In this document: piece by piece, positions 62,327 through 64,000 of the stretch
Layout: every line of letters begins with the position of its first letter
Position numbering within the stretch: position 1 is the first letter of the stretch
Source of the DNA: Octopus sinensis
Lineage: Eukaryota
NCBI RefSeq assembly: GCF_006345805.1
Contig: NC_043004.1
Span: forward strand, 29,760,001 to 29,824,000
DNA length: 64,000 nucleotides
Reading direction: 5' to 3'
Made by a program: the position numbers and the translations under genes
The notes under the pieces: generated by a model
Databases searched by the model: none
Told to the model about the DNA's origin: nothing
The model's input: only the letters and a program-made list of their open reading frames with translations

Positions 62327-63639
62327 GCTGCACTTATGACTTTTGCAAACATTTTTTACACTCTCAGACTTGTTGAAGCATGAATAAAGTACCTGTATTG
62401 GTTGTTTGCCGCAAGGACACTATATCCATAAAAAAATATCATACTTCTTAAAGGTTGCCAGTACTACACCTGGTGGATTATGGCTTAGTGGTTAGGGTGT
62501 TAGACTCATAATTATAAAACTGTGGTTTTGATTTCTGTTGAAGAGCAAAGCACTTCATTTCATGTTGCTGCAGTCTACTCAGTTAGCAAAGGGGAGTAAT
62601 CCTGAAACTGGTTGGTGTCCCATCCAGGTGGGGAATATACACACCATAGAATCCAGGAAACTGGCTTTATGAACCTATGACTTGGGAAGGATCTTTGATT
62701 CTTTTATTTGCCTCCTGACATGTCTATGTATCCATTCACCTATAGCTCTTTTATTATTCAAATTTCTAGCAAATTCTGTTTATTTTTTCTGTGTACTATG
62801 CATGTACTGTTGATTATCATGATGGTCTTTCTTTACTTAATTTATGGTTATTTTCTGTCCCTTTTTTAACATTTTCCAACAAATTATAGTGCACCTGAAC
62901 ACTGTATATAAATAAATTCACAATTATGATATATCATCGTCGTCGTCGTCGTCATCATCATCATCATCATCATTTAACGTCTGCTTTCCATGCTGGCATG
63001 GGTTGGATGGTTTAATAGAAGCTGGCAAGGCCACGAGCTGTACCAGATTCCATTGTCTCTTTTGGCTTGGTTTCTACAGCTGGATGCCCTTCTTTACACT
63101 GACCACTGTACAGAGTGTACTGGGTGCTTTTTATCACCAATACAGTCACCTTGCAAAACAAAAAGGCAAAAGCCCCTCAACTGAGAGGTAGCAGAGGCAT
63201 TGAGTTGGGGATGGTGGCTTTGTGCCAATTGAAAGATTAAAAGGCTTTGGTCTGCCTCTAGCTATTGTAGAAGACACTTGCCCATGGTGCCACTCAGTGA
63301 GACTGAATCCAGGACCATGTGGTTAGGAAGCAAGCTTCTTACCACACAGCATACATATATATATACATAATTGTAGTGAGAAAATGTTTAGCATGAAACA
63401 TTAATAGATTCCAATATGTTTTATACTGATAAAATATAAATTATAAATTTGCATTGATTGACTTTGACATTTAAACATTTTTATCATGATAATTTTAATT
63501 ACATTTAGCCCTTGCCAGGGTCTCAAACAAAATTATTAATTATTAAAAAATAGGTTTATTTAGCCAAAGGGGAAGCAGATAAGAAAACATTTGCCAATGT
63601 TCTGAGCTGTGAGAACCAAAGACTTGAGGTATTTCGTAT

Positions 63640-64000
63640 TGCAAGACAGTGTGTGAGAGAGAATCATGATGTTGTAGGAGAGAAATGTGTCTGCATAGAT
63701 GGTGGTTCACTTGCATCAAATGAGGCTGCAAAGAGAAAGGTTTGGAGATGCCACTATGTTAAATAAAGAGAATGAATGGCCAAATGTCAACCCAACTGAG
63801 GGACCAGCTATCCAAATTGGCAGTACCTTAGTAGACAAAGAAATTAAGGGTCTGAAGACAGGGAAAGCTCCCAGGAATCACTGCAGAGATGCTCAAAATA
63901 TCTGGTGGTGTCAGCTATAGCCTAATCAACCTATACTTAAGCGGATGATATATGAAGGAGTCATACTCAATGACTGGTGTAGCAGTACTATAGTCAACTG
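63640..64000 (+). mobile_element. RTE-clade RT N-terminal fragment (runs off the window)
   Basis: LNKENEW...IKGLKTGKAP...EMLKISGG...NDWCSSTIV. Confidence 0.75.

Overview
AT-rich, microsatellite-dense eukaryotic genomic DNA. The repeat complement (tRNA-derived SINEs with (GAT)n/(ATT)n tails, RTE, R4/Dong, Tx1-like and Penelope-like retroelements) suggests a coleoid cephalopod, probably an octopus; this is an inference. Most of the window is decayed transposable-element sequence, and nearly all ORFs in the supplied track are microsatellite read-throughs or transposon fragments. The best host-gene evidence is a minus-strand, phase-consistent chain of five coding exons (52623 down to 44006) encoding an unidentified, probably alpha-helical protein. 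Its putative promoter lies in a CpG-retaining zone near 57.2-58.1 kb. Weaker plus-strand exon candidates (7.6-38.2 kb) may form a second, convergent gene. The most notable signal is a set of unrelated minimal type-I hammerhead ribozyme motifs in Penelope-type pseudo-LTR and inverted-repeat remnants on both strands: three have an intact core, and one family has U instead of the canonical A6 in both of its copies. Several long near-perfect palindromes could also form dsRNA. All coordinates and alignments were read by eye; element boundaries are approximate unless a TIR or TSD is quoted.
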